This document shows positions 1-12,983 of a DNA stretch of 64,000 nucleotides, piece by piece. Source of the DNA: Podarcis muralis (lineage: Eukaryota); the NCBI RefSeq assembly GCF_964188315.1, contig NC_135667.1:13144001-13208000 (forward strand). Direction: 5' to 3'. The first letter of the stretch is position 1. Each line of letters begins with the position of its first letter. A program made the translations under genes and the position numbers. The notes under the pieces are model-generated. The model was not told the DNA's origin and ran no database searches. It saw nothing but the letters and a program-made list of their open reading frames with translations.

Positions 1-830
1 AAAATCAATTCATGGTTTTTTAAAAAAGAAAACCACATAGATATTTATCATCATTTTATTGCAAATTTCTCCTAATATAAATATTTTTGTATGCAATTTT
101 GCAAAATATACAGAGATTTCTGCAAAACAATTTCCTTTGATCTAATCAATTTCTTTAAATATTATTTTCACTTATGTGCATTTTAATGCACATTTTGCTG
201 TAATATAAGCTATTCTCTACATATTACTTAGGTGTAGGACTAGGATGGTATTCACCTCTAGTCCTACTCAGTGCAGATACATTGAAATTATTGGACATGG
301 CAATCTTTTGTTCATTAATTTCAATGGGTCAACTCTGAGTAGGACTTAGGTGACTATAATCCCTACACTGCAAAATTCAAACAGGTGCGAATTTCAAAGG
401 TTGTCTTTTCTTTGGTTTGCATATTGTTCAGAAAACTAAACCCAGGAGATGAGTTACATGGAGTCCTCTGTGATCTGAACATGATATCACTGATAGTGAA
501 GAGGAGAAATTCAATTCAGTGTGCAGTTAAAGCCAAATCGATCACATTTGCACTTTCAGGAACAATAAACAAACCACAAGACAACTATTGTTTGAAACTT
601 GCACTTATCTGAATGGATTGAGCCTGAAACCTTCTGAAGTGCAAAACAGATTACCACTGAGTTATGGCCCATTTCCCAAATCTAAGGATAACAAGACTGA
701 GATTCAGTGCTGCTGCTGCTGCTTCTGGACCCTATATCTTCCTTCCTCCAACCACAGAGATTCTCAAGACCATGATAGAATGATCAGATCTGACTGAAAA
801 CCTTTTGCTGCCTGAAATGAGGAATAAGAT

Positions 831-966
831 CTGGCTTCCTCAACCTCTGCCCTCCAGATGTTTTGAGACTATAATTCCCACCATCCCTAACCCCTGGTCC
901 TGCTAGCTAGGGATCATGGGAGTTGTAGGCCAAAAACATCTGGAGGGCCGAGGTTGAGGAAGCCTG
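831..966. mobile_element. hAT-type MITE; paralogous copy at 11519-11654
   Basis: Long TIRs c(a/t)ggcttcctcaacctc.gccctccagatg / catctggagggccgaggttgaggaagcctg; 8-bp TSD aataagat. Confidence 0.88.
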
Positions 967-1404
967 AATAAGATGGTGCCCCCACCCCACAATACCACAC
1001 TCAGCTGCTGACAAAACTGGCAGCTTAACTTTGCTTTGATTCCAGAGAATCCTCAACTACACCTCAACTACAACTAGCTTAGGATGCAAAGAGCAGGCCA
1101 TATGGAACACACAGTTCTGCCCTCTACATTTTGCAGCATCCAGCATTTGCCACCTGAAGCAGCTTCCTCAATTTGCATAAAGGGTAGTGCTGGCCATACT
1201 TGCAGAGCTCAGCGACTAGGGACAGAAGGAGTTGTCATTTTCAGTTTTGTGGTTTCTCATTTTTCCAATTTTAAATTCCATTCCCCACATTTCAACATCA
1301 GTTTGATATTTGTTTTAAAAAGAGCCATAATCAAAACCAATCAGCATTTTAATACAAATTCCTTCTAATTTTTTGCATTTAAAGTAATGACTACCCCCTT
1401 AAAG

Positions 1405-1731
1405 GGGACACAGAGCCTAGGACTTGTCGATCAGAAGGTCAGCAGTTTGAATCCCTGCAATGGGGTGAGCTCCCGTTGCTCGGTCCCTGCCCCTGCCAAC
1501 CTAGCAGTTCAAAAGCACATCAGAGTGCAAGTAGATAAATAGGTACCGCTTCAGCGGGAAGGTAAACAGCGTTTCCGTGCGCTGCTCTGGATCGCCAGAA
1601 GCGGCTTAGTCATGCTGGCCACATGACCTGGAAGCTGTACGCCAGCTCCTTCGGCCAATAAAGCAAGATGAGCACTGCCACCCCAGAGTCGGTCACGACT
1701 GGACCTAATGGTCAGGGGTCCCTTTACCTTT
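1405..1731 (+). mobile_element. Sauria SINE (5'-deleted)
   Basis: Sauria body and ccttta tail; TSD tacccccttaaag (1392-1404, 1732-1744); absent from the paralogous block near 12080. Confidence 0.92.
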
Positions 1732-1992
1732 TACCCCCTTAAAGCAAGAATAGGGAACCACTAGTCCTCTAGATATTACTGGACCACAACTGTCACCATC
1801 CCTGACCACTTGCCATGGTATCTGGAGCTGGTGAGAGTTGAACAACAGCTGGAGGGCTGCAGTTTAGCCAACTCTGCCATAAAGGTTTGAGGCAGTCAGA
1901 AAAAAGCAGCCACCATGCCACCCAGCCTGATCCTCCACCAGACCCCTCCTCCGTGTTCTCTTTGCTTCCTTAGTATTGATTAGCATGGAAGA

Positions 1993-2130
1993 TAAGAACA
2001 TAAGAAGGGTCTGCAGGATGAGGCCAGTGGCCCATTTAGTCCAGTATCATCTTCTCAGAGTGGCCCACCAGATGCCAGCAAGCAGGTCAACAGCACTCTC
2101 CTCTCCTGTGGCTGCCAGCAACTGGTATCC
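1993..2130 (-). mobile_element. SINE 3' fragment with ttcttatgttctt tail; copies at about 12338-12430 and 54590-54720
   Basis: aagaacataagaag...ggcccat.tagtccag motif recurring in three places. Confidence 0.6.
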
Positions 2131-2970
2131 AAAGTGAGCCAAATGATCAACAGAGGAGCAAGGGAGGAAAACTAAATCCATGCAAAAAGATAGTGTAAAA
2201 ATAGCAAAGATGAGACACTTACCCTTTGTTCCCCTTCAATTTGTAGCCCTTCTGGCAGAAGAAATCTTCCTTATCCTCATACTTATATTGCTTATGGAGG
2301 GAGTGCATCCAAGGATATACTGAGCCCAGAAGAAACACCTTCCAGTGATCCCAGAGGACCTCATTATAAAAGTTAGCAATAGCCAATTTCTTTTATTTCA
2401 GTGGTGCTTCAAGGATATTGATAATCAGCATGAGGTTTGACAATCCCATTTTCTAGTCACTTCCCTGTTTAATTGTTATTTTTTTATTAAACCTCAACAC
2501 AGAATAAATAACAGCTCTCCTTTTTTGTACATGAATTAATTATATGATACATACATGGCTATGGGCTATGGGTAGTAATAGCACAGTTTTGTTAAATGAT
2601 TATTTTTTTATTTTTTAAATATTTTTATTAATTTTCTCAGTAACAAACATCACAAAAATAAACATCAAGAAAGGACTCTTAAGGGGGGAAAGAGAAAAAG
2701 AGAAAAACAGGAAAAATGGAAAAGGAAAAAAAAAATCTATTTACATATTCAATATCAAATCCAAATATGGCAATGGGAGAGTATCCTCCTCCATTGTACC
2801 TGATGGCAGTAGACTAGTTTAGTGACTGTGTGGAAACATGGGAATCTGCCTTGTACTGACTCAGATCTACAGGTCAATCTGCCTCAGTATTGTCCAAACT
2901 GACCTGCTCGGATCATAATGCAGTGTTGTTGGAAATGAAATTGTCTCTGCAGGGGTCTTACAGATAGATT

Positions 2971-4328
2971 AATAATAATAATAATTTATTTATATCCTGC
3001 CCTCCCCAGCCAAGACCGGGCTCAGGGCGGCTAACAACAATAAAATAATACAACATTCTAAAATCTTTTCATTCTAAAATTAATTCAAATCAAATTGATG
3101 GCAACCACTGGGCTAGAGTTCTGTGAAGATTGCCAAAGGAGGGAGTCAGGCTGTGCCCTGGCCAAAGGCTTGGTGGAACAGCTCTGTCTTACAGGCCCTG
3201 TGGAAAGATGTCAAGTCCCGCTGGGCCCTAGTCTCTTGTGGCAGAGTGTTCCACCAGATCGGAGCCACAGCCAAAAAAGCCCTGGCTCTGGTTGAGGCCA
3301 GCCTAACCTCTCTGTGGCCTGGGACCTCCAATATGTTTTTGTTTGAAGATCGTAAGTTTCTCTGTGGGACATACCAGGAGAGGCGGTCCCGTAGGTACAA
3401 GGGTCCTAGGCCGTATAGGGCTTTAAAGGTTAAAACCAGCACCTTAAACCTGATCCTGTACTCCACCGGGAGCCAGTGCAGCTGGTATAGCACCGGGTGA
3501 ATGTGATCTCGCAGCGAAGACCCCGTAAGGAGTCTCGCTGCAGCATTCTGCACCCGCTGGAGTTTCTGGGTCATACTCAAGGGCAGCCCCACATAGAGCG
3601 AGTTACAATAATCCAGTCTGGAGGTGACCGTCACGTGGATCACAGTGGCTAGGTCAGGGCGAGAGAGGTAAGCAGCCAACTGCTTAGCTTGGCGGAGATG
3701 GAAAAATGCTGCCTTTGTTATAGCTGCAATCTGCACCTCCATGGAAAGGGAGGTGTCAAAGATTACACCAAAACTCTTAACGGACGGTGCTGGCACTAAT
3801 TGCACCCCCGCAAGAGATGGGAGTTACCCCCCCCCAATCCTATATTGTCCCGTCCCAGCCACAGGACCTCTGTCTTTGAAGGATTTAACTTCAACCGGCT
3901 CCCACGTAACCATCCAGCCACAGCTTCCAAACATTTGATCAGTGTGTCTGGGGCCAAGTCAGGATGGCCATCCATCAACAGATAGAGTTGGGTGTCATCG
4001 GCATACTGCTGGCAGCCCAACCCAAAACTCCGGACAAGCTGGGCGAGGGGGCGCATAAAGATGTTGAAAAGCATTGGGGAGATTATCACACCCTAAGGCA
4101 CTCCACACACCAGGGAGTGGCATGATGACAGTTCCCCTCCCCAAGCGCCACCCTCTGTTCTTGACCAGAGAGAAATGAGTGCAGCCACTGAAGGACTGAG
4201 CCCTGGATCCCCATGTCAGCAAGGCGGTGGTCCAGGAGTTCATGATCGTCCATGTCGAAGGCTGCTGAGAGGTCTAGAAGAATCAGCAGCCCCGACCCGC
4301 CTCGATCCAGCTGCCTGCGGAGATCAAG
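2971..4328 (-). mobile_element. L2-clade LINE fragment (RT and C-terminus) nested in the L1
   Basis: LLDLSAAFD, QYADDTQLY, KLNPSKTE, SRLDYCNSL and LHWLPV motifs with frameshifts; (ATT)n tail at the left end. Confidence 0.9.
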
Positions 4329-5057
4329 AATGAACGATGATTTATTGAGCAATGAGCAGATGATTAGGAAGGCCCAAAAGACTCTAAAGGATTACTTTGA
4401 GACAAATATTAATTCTGAGGTGGAAATAAGAGTCGTTTGGGATGCAAGTAAGGCAGTAATGAGAGGATTCCTCATACAACAAAATTTGATCAAGAAAAGG
4501 ATACAGAATGGGAAAAAAGACAACATTCTTTCTCAATTAAAAGATAAAGAGAAGAACTTGAGATCTAATCCGAAGAATCAGCAGATTCAAAAGGAAATTA
4601 AAGCACTACAGATCCAATACTCCCAGATTATAGATCAGGAAATAGAATGGAAAATAAAGATGATGAGACAGAGAAACTTCGAATCGGCAAATAAATGTGG
4701 AAAACTGCTGACAAAAACAAAGTACTATTACTAATATTGTATCAGAAGGAAAGTCTATGGAGAATCCTGAAGAGATAAGAAGATGTTTTTAGAAATACTA
4801 TAAACAACTGTATAAAAATGGAAAAGAAGATAATGGTAAAATCGAGCAATTTATCCAAGTGCATGGATTGTCAAAAATTCCCGAAAATAAAAAGATCCTA
4901 CTTAATGGATTGATCACAAGACAAGAGGTTGAGAATGCAATAAATCAGATGCAGCTTGGTAAAACACAAGGACCAGATGGTTTGTCAGCAAAATACTATA
5001 AAACTTTGAAAGACTGGCTTATTCAGCCATTGATGGATGTATGCAATAAGATATTAA

Positions 5058-5423
5058 AGGTAAAGGTAAAGGTACCCCTGCCCGTACGGGCCAGTCTTCT
5101 CAGACTCTAGGGTTGTGCGCTCATCTCACTCTAGAGGCCGGGAGCCGGCGTCGTCCGCAGACACTTCTGGGTCACGTGGCCAGTGTGACATCGCTGCTCT
5201 GGTGAGCCTGCACCAGCGCAGCACACGGAACGCCGTTTACCTTCCCGCTGTAAAGCGGTACCTATTTATCTACTTGCACTTAAGGGTGCTTTCGAACTGC
5301 TAGGTGGGCAGGAGCTGGGACCAAAAGACGGGAGCTCACCCCGCCGCGGGGATTCGAACCACTGACCATACGATTGGCAAGTCCTAGGCACTGTGGTTTT
5401 ACCCACAGCGCCACCCGCGTCCC
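5058..5423 (-). mobile_element. Sauria SINE, full length, inside the L1
   Basis: Complete head and (ACCTTT)n tail; TSD caataagatattaa (5044-5057, 5424-5437). Confidence 0.95.
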
Positions 5424-8400
5424 CAATAAGATATTAAGAAGGGACAAAACACCTGAAACCTGGAAGGCAGCCTTTATAACCCTGATTCCAAAACCAGATC
5501 AAGATAGGTCCAATGTGAAAAATTATAGGCCGATCTCATTACACAATGTGGATTACAATTTTTTTGCTAACATTCTGGCCAACAGGTTGAAGAAGGTACT
5601 AACAGATTATATTCATAAGGACCAGGCAGGATTTCTACCTGGGAGACCTATGAAAGATAACATTAGGAATATAATTGATTTGTTAGAAAGATTGGAAGTT
5701 AAAAAAAAACTCTAAAGCAATGTTAATGTTTATAGATGCTGAGAAGGCCTTTGATAATGTTTCATGGAGTTTTATGAAAAGGAATTTAGAAAGTATTGAG
5801 GTTGGACAATAATTTTTAAATGGTATTAATGCGATCTATTTTGAGCAAAAAGGTAAAATCATAGTTAATAATGTGGTTTCAGAATAAATTAGAATTGAGA
5901 AAGGAACCAGGCAATAGTGCCAACTTTCCCCTCTGTTTTTTATTTTGGTCCTGGAGGTTTTGCTAAACATACTAAGGAAAGAGGAAGAGGTTAAAGGTAT
6001 AACAGTAGGATCCAAGCAATATGAGTTAAAAGCCTTTGCTGATGATTTGGTATTAACAGTACAAGACCCAGATTCCAGTGCAGTGAAAGCACTGGAGTTG
6101 ATTCAAGAGTTTGGGCAAGTAGCAGGATTTAAGTTAAACAAGAGCAAAACCAAAGTGCTGGGGGGGGGGGTTAGATAACGAGGTGAGAAAAATCCTTCAG
6201 GAAAAGACAGGCCTTGTTTTGTGAAAAAAGGTGAAGTATCTGGGTGTGAATTTATTGGTGAAAAACTTGAATTTTTATAAAGACAATTATGAGAAATTAT
6301 GGAATGAAAGAAAGAGAGATCTTGAGATTTGGTCAAATTTAAAATTGTCATTAATGGGCCGAATATCGGTGGTTAAGATGAATGTATTGCCAAAGATGTT
6401 GTTTTTATTCCAAGCTTTACCAATTACTGATAATGTCAGATGTTTTAAAGAATGTCAGAAAGCATTGTCTAAATTTATCTGGCAGGGGAAAAAACCCAGA
6501 ATTAAATATAAAATATTAACAGATGCAAAAGAGAGAGGGGGATTTTCCCTGCCAGATCTGAAGATATATTTCGAGGCAGCAGCTTTCTGCTGGATTAAGT
6601 AATGGATTCAAATAGATAATGCTGATGTGTTAGACTTGGAAGGATTTGACAATGTATTTGGTTGGCATGCATATTTATGGTATGACAAGATATCGGCTCA
6701 TAAAGGTTTCAAAAATCATGTAATTAGAAAATCTCTATATAATGTATGGATAAGATATAAAGATCTCTTGGAAAGGAAAACACCCAGATGGCTTTCACCA
6801 ATGGAACCTAAGGCTCAGAAAAAGTTGAATATGGAGAGTAAATGGTTGAAATATGATGATTTACTAGTGAAAGAAAATGAAGAATTTAAACTAAGACCAT
6901 TTGACCAAATCAAAGACAAATTAGATGGATGGTTACAATATTATCAGATTAATGAATTATTTAAATTGGATAGGAAAAACCGTTTTGCAACAGAAAAATC
7001 CAAATTGGAAACGGAATTGTTAGATACTAATGTTAAAAATCTCTTTAAAATGTATTTGTTGTTAGAATGGCATACAAAGGATGAACAAGTTAAATCTGTG
7101 ATGATTGATTGGGCAAGAGATGTTGGACACAATATAATGTTGAAAGATTGGGAAAGGCTGTGGAAGAAAGGGGTTAAGTTTACTGTATGTACGGTATTAA
7201 ACGAAAACATTATGAAAATGGTGTATAGATGGAACTTAACCCCAGTGAAATTAGCAAAGATGTATCATACAAAGGATAATTTGTGTTGGAAATGTAAAGA
7301 AAAAGAAGGTATTTCTACCATATGTCGTGGACATCTCCCAAGGTGAAAGACCTCTGGGAGAAGATTTATAATGAGTTGAAAAAAATGTTGAAGAATACAT
7401 TTATTAAAAAACCAGAAGCCTTTCTACTTGGAATAATAGGACTAGAATTGCCCAAAAAAAGATGTTAGAATGTTTTGGTATGCCACTACAGAGGCAAGAA
7501 TTTTATTTGCCAAAAACTGGAAATCGCAAGAGATGCCAACAATAGAAGAATGGCAGATGAAGATGTTGGACTTTTTGGAGCTGGCCGAGCTGACTGGAAG
7601 AATCCGCAACCAGAAAGAAGAGACCCAAAAGGATTGGAAGAATTTTAAAGAATATCTAGCTAAATACTGTAATATAAGATAAAGGGAAATCTCTTGGAAG
7701 TAAAAAATTAGGCCTAATTTTATGTAGTTTATGTAGTTAAAAATACAAATGATTGGAATATTAATAATGGAGAAGAAGTTAGTAAATGAAAGAAGTTAAT
7801 ATTATTAGAAATATGAATTTGGAGAACTGCTAATTAGGTGATGAAATTCAGTTAGAGGGGATTAGAGGAAGTCATCAATGTAATGCAATCCGGATTTGGA
7901 AATTAAAATTCTTTTCTATGTGTTTTTCTGTATTTTGTGTATTGTAATGTTTTTCTTTTGTCTTTTTTTCTTTTTCTTTTGTACGTGACTAATGTGAGAA
8001 TTAATTTAAAAAATTGGGGGGGGGGGGAGTCCACACTGATTGTCAGTGGCTCTCCAGGACTTCCCTACACTTCCTGGCAAACCTGGGAGTGTCTACATGC
8101 TCTTTCACTGAGCTATGACCCCCCTCTCTTGCAAGACAGCTTTGATCTACAGAGAAGGGAAATGACTGGTTGTATGGAAAGAAGGGGTCACCATGATGAT
8201 ATTCTGGGGGCAGTACACAGGAAAAGGATTTGCTCCTTTTCTGCACTCCCCAAAGAAGACACATATTTTAGAACAATGACCAAAACACGAAGACCTTTAT
8301 TGCTTTTTGTTTTGTTTTTTATAAAGGTTTTGTTTCCTCAGTGGAAAAAAAAGTGGGGTCTTTTCTATTTGGTATTATTTATTTGTTTTATTTTATGTTA

Positions 8401-8539
8401 ATACCATGGTTCCTCCAAGGAACACAAAACAGTATCCATGGTCACCTGTTCCCCTATATTAATTCATTGGAGTGTCAGAAAAGGGTGCTGTCTAGCCTGT
8501 GCCCCATGAATCTTGGGAAGAGGGACTGATGTGAAATCA

Positions 8540-9463
8540 CTAATTTTTATATTTCTTCAACAGTCTCCACATAGCAACTTTTATCTCCTTGTTTCTCAGT
8601 GTGTAGATCATGGGATTCATCAGAGGGAAGACCACGGTGTGGAAAAAGGCTACCACTTTGTCGAAGGGAAAGTCTTGGAAGGGACGGCAGTAGATGTAGA
8701 TGGCTGGACCAAACATAATGCAGGCGATGATGATGTGGGTGATGCATGTAGAGGAGGCTTTGTTCTTCCCATGGCTTGAGCTTGTCCTCACCTTTATTAG
8801 CAGGGCCCCATAAGAGATGAGGAGGAGGATGAAACACGCAGTGCTTACAAGGCCACTGCTAACAAACATGACAAATTCCAATGTGTAAGTGTTGGTGCAA
8901 GCCAGTTTAATAATCTGGGTGATATCACAGAAGAAGTTGTCAAGCTCATTGGGGCCACAGAATGGGAGAGGGATGATGAGAATGACCTGGATTATGGAGT
9001 GCAGGAATCCTCCAACCCATGAACATACCGACATACCCCAGCAGACTAGTTGGGTCACCATAGTAGCATAGCGCAGTGGCTGGCAGATGGCCACATACCG
9101 GTCAATGGCCATGGCAATGAGAAGGAACATCTCAGCTGCACCAAGAAAATGAATGAAAAAAATCTGCGTGATGCATCCCAGGTATGATATAGTCCTGCGA
9201 CCAGAGAATATGTTAGCCATGAGCTTTGGTGGGGTGACACAGCTGTAGCAGATGTCCAAGAAGGCCAGGTTGGCTAAGAAGAAAAACATGGGGGATCCCA
9301 GATGGGGGTCCTTACAGATTGTCACAATGATGACAAAGTTTGCAGGTAGGATGATGATGTAGAAGAGCAGGAGAAGAACACAGAGGAACAGCTGCATCTC
9401 CCAGAGCTGTGACAACCCCTGGATAACAAACTCTTTCACTACAGTGTGATTCCCATTTTCCAT
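8540..9463 (-). CDS. Olfactory receptor family 4 (OR4N/OR4M-like), single coding exon, 307 aa from MENGNHT
   Basis: Intact ORF with OR motifs: N-glycosylation NHT, PMFFFLANL, MAIDRYVAIC, NELDNFFCD, KASSTC, PLMNPMIYTLRN. The ORF-track TTG start at 9490 is intronic; acceptor ttgttttgcag ends at 9480 and the ATG is at 9463. Confidence 0.93.
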   Translation of the reverse strand: MENGNHTVVKEFVIQGLSQLWEMQLFLCVLLLLFYIIILPANFVIIVTICKDPHLGSPMFFFLANLAFLDICYSCVTPPKLMANIFSGRRTISYLGCITQIFFIHFLGAAEMFLLIAMAIDRYVAICQPLRYATMVTQLVCWGMSVCSWVGGFLHSIIQVILIIPLPFCGPNELDNFFCDITQIIKLACTNTYTLEFVMFVSSGLVSTACFILLLISYGALLIKVRTSSSHGKNKASSTCITHIIIACIMFGPAIYIYCRPFQDFPFDKVVAFFHTVVFPLMNPMIYTLRNKEIKVAMWRLLKKYKN

Positions 9464-10719
9464 CCTTGCAGATGTAGTCCTGCAAAACAATTATATTCGG
9501 ATTGTTAAACAATAAATGATTGCAATACCCCTGCTACTTTTTCGCTAAAGGGGTGCTTCAGGTTTAGAACAGTTCCAGGTTAAGAACGGACCTCCGGAAC
9601 GAATTAAGTACTTAACTTGAGGTACCACTGTACATTGTTTACACATTGAGTCCTGTCTGAATGGCTGATTCTGCTTTCCTCCTGGAGCCTGACTGGTCTT
9701 TTCCTGCAGGCCAATCAATTGTTGCATTCTAGGATCCTACTTGCCTATTGTTCTAGGATCCAAGCTTAGTACATAACACAGAGCCAGTGTTTTGTAGTGA
9801 TTAGAGTGTGGGATTAGTACCTGTGAGACATTCTGAAAAACTTTCTGACACTAAGAGCTGTTTAGCAGTGGAACAGTTTCCCACAAGAGGTGGTGGACTC
9901 TCCTTCCTTATGGTTTTTTAAACAGAGGTTGAATGGCCTTCCAATTCTAAGATTCTGGAAACTAAATGATAGCTAGTGCAGTCAGGCCAGGATCAGTGTT
10001 ACATTATCAAACCGTCTTCCCCAGTGAACAACCTGACTGTTTAATTCTCCACCAGTTAAAGCTTCCTAACCTTATCCAGTGGCAACTCCACATATAGTAG
10101 TAATCTAACTTAGAGGTTACCAGAGCATAGACAACAGAAGTTAGGCTATCCCTGTCCACAGGGTCACCAGCTGAAGATGATGGAAGGCACTCTGCATCAC
10201 TGAAGCCATCTGAGCCTCAAACAACAGCAATGAATCCTGATGTACCTCCCTCACAGGGTAGTGAGAGCTAAATGAGGTGGGGGAGAATCATGTATGCCTT
10301 CTTGCGCTCCTTGGATAGAAGGTAGAACATAAATGCGAAGAAACAAAACAATCCTTTCCTTGTTCTCCTCTATTCCCAAGTTTGATAACACCTCTGTCAA
10401 TTATATGCATGTTTTGCATTTATCTAGAAATAGGAATCAGGGACACATACAGCACTGATGCAAGAGTACAATGTTGATACAAGCAAATGTATCATACATA
10501 CATGTCTGTGTTTGTTTTTGCCTTCTGATGCCACTATTCCTTTTTTCATACTTCATTTTCTGTTCACAGTCGGCCAAATTTACACAAGGAATATTGTCAT
10601 GATGATAGGAAAAGTATTTCCTTTGCAATTCAGGTAGAGATGGGTAGATCTATCAGTTTCAGGTTCTCTCAGTTTCTCATCTTTCCAATCTTAAATTCTC
10701 TATATTTACACATCACTCC

Positions 10720-12909
10720 GTGGTTTTTTAAAAAAGAAAACCACATAAATATTTATCATCATTTTATTGCAAATTTCTCCTAATATACATATTTTTGTAT
10801 GCAATTTTGCAAAATATACAGAGTTCTGCAAAACAATTTCCTTTGATCTAATCAATTTCGTTAAATATTATTTACACTTATGTGCATTTTAATGCACATT
10901 TTGCTGTATTATAAGCTATTCTGTACATATTACTTAGGTGTAGGACTAGGATGGTATTCACCTCTAGTCCTATTCAGTGCAGACACGTTGAAATTATTGG
11001 ACAGGGCAATCTTTTATTCATTAATTTCAATGGGTCAACTCTGGGTAGGACTTAGGTGACTATAATTCCTACACTACAAAATTCAAACAGGTGCGAATTT
11101 CAAAGGTTGTCTTTTCTTTGGTTTGCATATTGTTCAGAAAACTAAACCCAGGAGATGAGTTACATGGAGTCCTCTGTGATCTGAACATGATGTCACTGAT
11201 AGTGAAGAGGAGAAATTCAATTCAGTGTGCAGTTAAAGCCAAATTGACCACATTTGCACTTTCAGAAACAATAAACCACAATACAACTATTGTTTGAAAC
11301 TTGCTGTTATCTGAATGGATTGAGCCTGGGACCTTCTGAAGTGCAAAGTAGATTACCACTATGGCTCATTTCCCAAATCTAAGGCTAACAAGACAAAGAT
11401 CCAGTGCTGTTGCTGCTGATGGTGGACCGTACACCTTCCTCCCTCCAACCATAGAGATTCTCAAGACCACGAGCAGATCCGGCAGAACCCTTTTGCTGCC
11501 TGAAGAGATGAATTAGATCAGGCTTCCTCAACCTCGGCCCTCCAGATGTTTTGAGACTACAATTCCCATCATCCCTAACCACTGGTCCTGCTAGCTAGGG
11601 ATCATGGGAGTTGTAGGTCAAAAACATCTGGAGGGCCGAGGTTGAGGAAGCCTGAATAAGATGGTGCCCCCACCCCACAATACCACACTCAGCTGCTGAC
11701 AAAACTGGCAGCTTAATATTGCTTTGATACCAGAGAATCCTCAACTACACATCAACTACAACTAGCTTAGGATGCAAAGGGAAGACCATATGGAACACAC
11801 AGTTCTGTCCTCCACATTTCCCACCCTCCAGCATTTGCCACTTGAGGCAGCTTCTTCAATTTGTCTAAATGGTAGTGCTGACCACACATGTAGAGCTCAG
11901 GGACTAGGGAAAGAAGGATTTGTCATTTTCAGTTTCTTGGTTTCTCATTTTTCCTATCTTAAATTCAGTTTCCCACATTTCAACATCAGTTTGATATTTG
12001 TTTAGAAAAAGAGTCCTAATCAAAATCAATCAGTATTTTAATACAAATTCCTTCTAATTTTTGCATTGAAAGTAATGGCTGTCCCCTTAAAGCAAGAGTA
12101 GAGAGCCACTAGTCCTCTAGATATTGCTGGACCACAACTGTCACCATCCCTGACCACTGCCATGGTATCTGGAGCTGGTGAGAGTTGAACAACAGCTGGA
12201 GGGCTGCAGTTTAGCCAACTCTGCCATAAAGGCTTGAGGCAGTCAGAAAAAAGCAGCCACCATGCCTCCCATCCTGATCCTCCACCAGACCCCTCCTCCG
12301 TGTTCTCTTTGATTCCTTAGTAGTGATTAGCAAGGAAGATAAGAACATAAGAAGGGTCTGCAGGATGAGGCCAGTGGCCCATCTAGTCCAGCATCTTCTT
12401 CTCAGTGTGGCCCACCAGATGCCAGCAAGCAGGACAACTGGTTGAACCAAATAATCAATAGAGGAACAAGGGAGGAAAAGTAAAGCCATGCAAAAAGACA
12501 ATGTAAAAAAAGCAGAGACAAACATTTACCCTTTGTTGCCCTTCAATTTGCAGACAGCTCTTCTGGCAGAAGAAATCTTCCTCATCCTCATAGTTATATT
12601 GCTTATCGAAGAAGTGCATCCAAGGATATACTGAGCCCAGAAGAAACACCTTCCAGTGATCCCAGAGGACCTCATTATAAAAGTTAGCAATAGCCAATTT
12701 CTTTTATTTCAGTGGTGCTTCAAGGATATTGATAATCAGCATGAGGTTTGACAATCCCATTTTCTAGTCACTTCCCCATTTAATTGTCTTATTTATTAAA
12801 CCTCAGCACACAATGTAAATAATAGCCCTCTTTGTTTGTACACGAACTAATTATATGATACATATATGGCTATGGGCTGTGGGTAGTAATAACACAGTTT
12901 CGTTAAATG
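10720..12909 (+). repeat. Segmental duplication copy B (partner 12-2599)
   Basis: Direct repeat of copy A, lying upstream of the OR4N/M-like gene. Confidence 0.93.
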
Positions 12910-12950
12910 AATGAAATGTATGCTAGCCTTCCCCAACCTAGTGCCTTCCA

Positions 12951-12983
<33 letters not shown>

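Larger units (their letters stand above)
12..2599 (+). repeat. Segmental duplication copy A (partner 10720-12909)
   Basis: Colinear, highly similar sequence (roughly 90% by eye), including the shared hAT MITE; the Sauria SINE is only in copy A. Confidence 0.93.
2903..8028 (+). mobile_element. L1-clade LINE, 5'-truncated and degenerate ORF2, interrupted by an L2 and a Sauria SINE
   Basis: SDHNAVLL endonuclease end at 2908. ORF fragments 4330-7682 carry GPDG, NYRPISL, DAEKAFD and AFADD motifs and a C-terminal CWKC; A-rich end at about 8012. Flanked by near-identical gtcca(a/c)actga (2892-2902, 8029-8039). Confidence 0.9.

Noticed and set aside
385-612. Short ORF repeated at 11091-11297
   Set aside because: GTG start, no recognisable domain, and different stop positions in the two copies; similarity is explained by the segmental duplication.
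4252-4734. 160-aa ORF looking like a novel fusion protein
   Set aside because: It is antisense L2 sequence reading into L1 ORF2 at a nested-insertion junction.
9464-9490. N-terminal extensions of the ORF-track calls at 9490 and 25521
   Set aside because: TTG starts located in intronic sequence upstream of clear splice acceptors.
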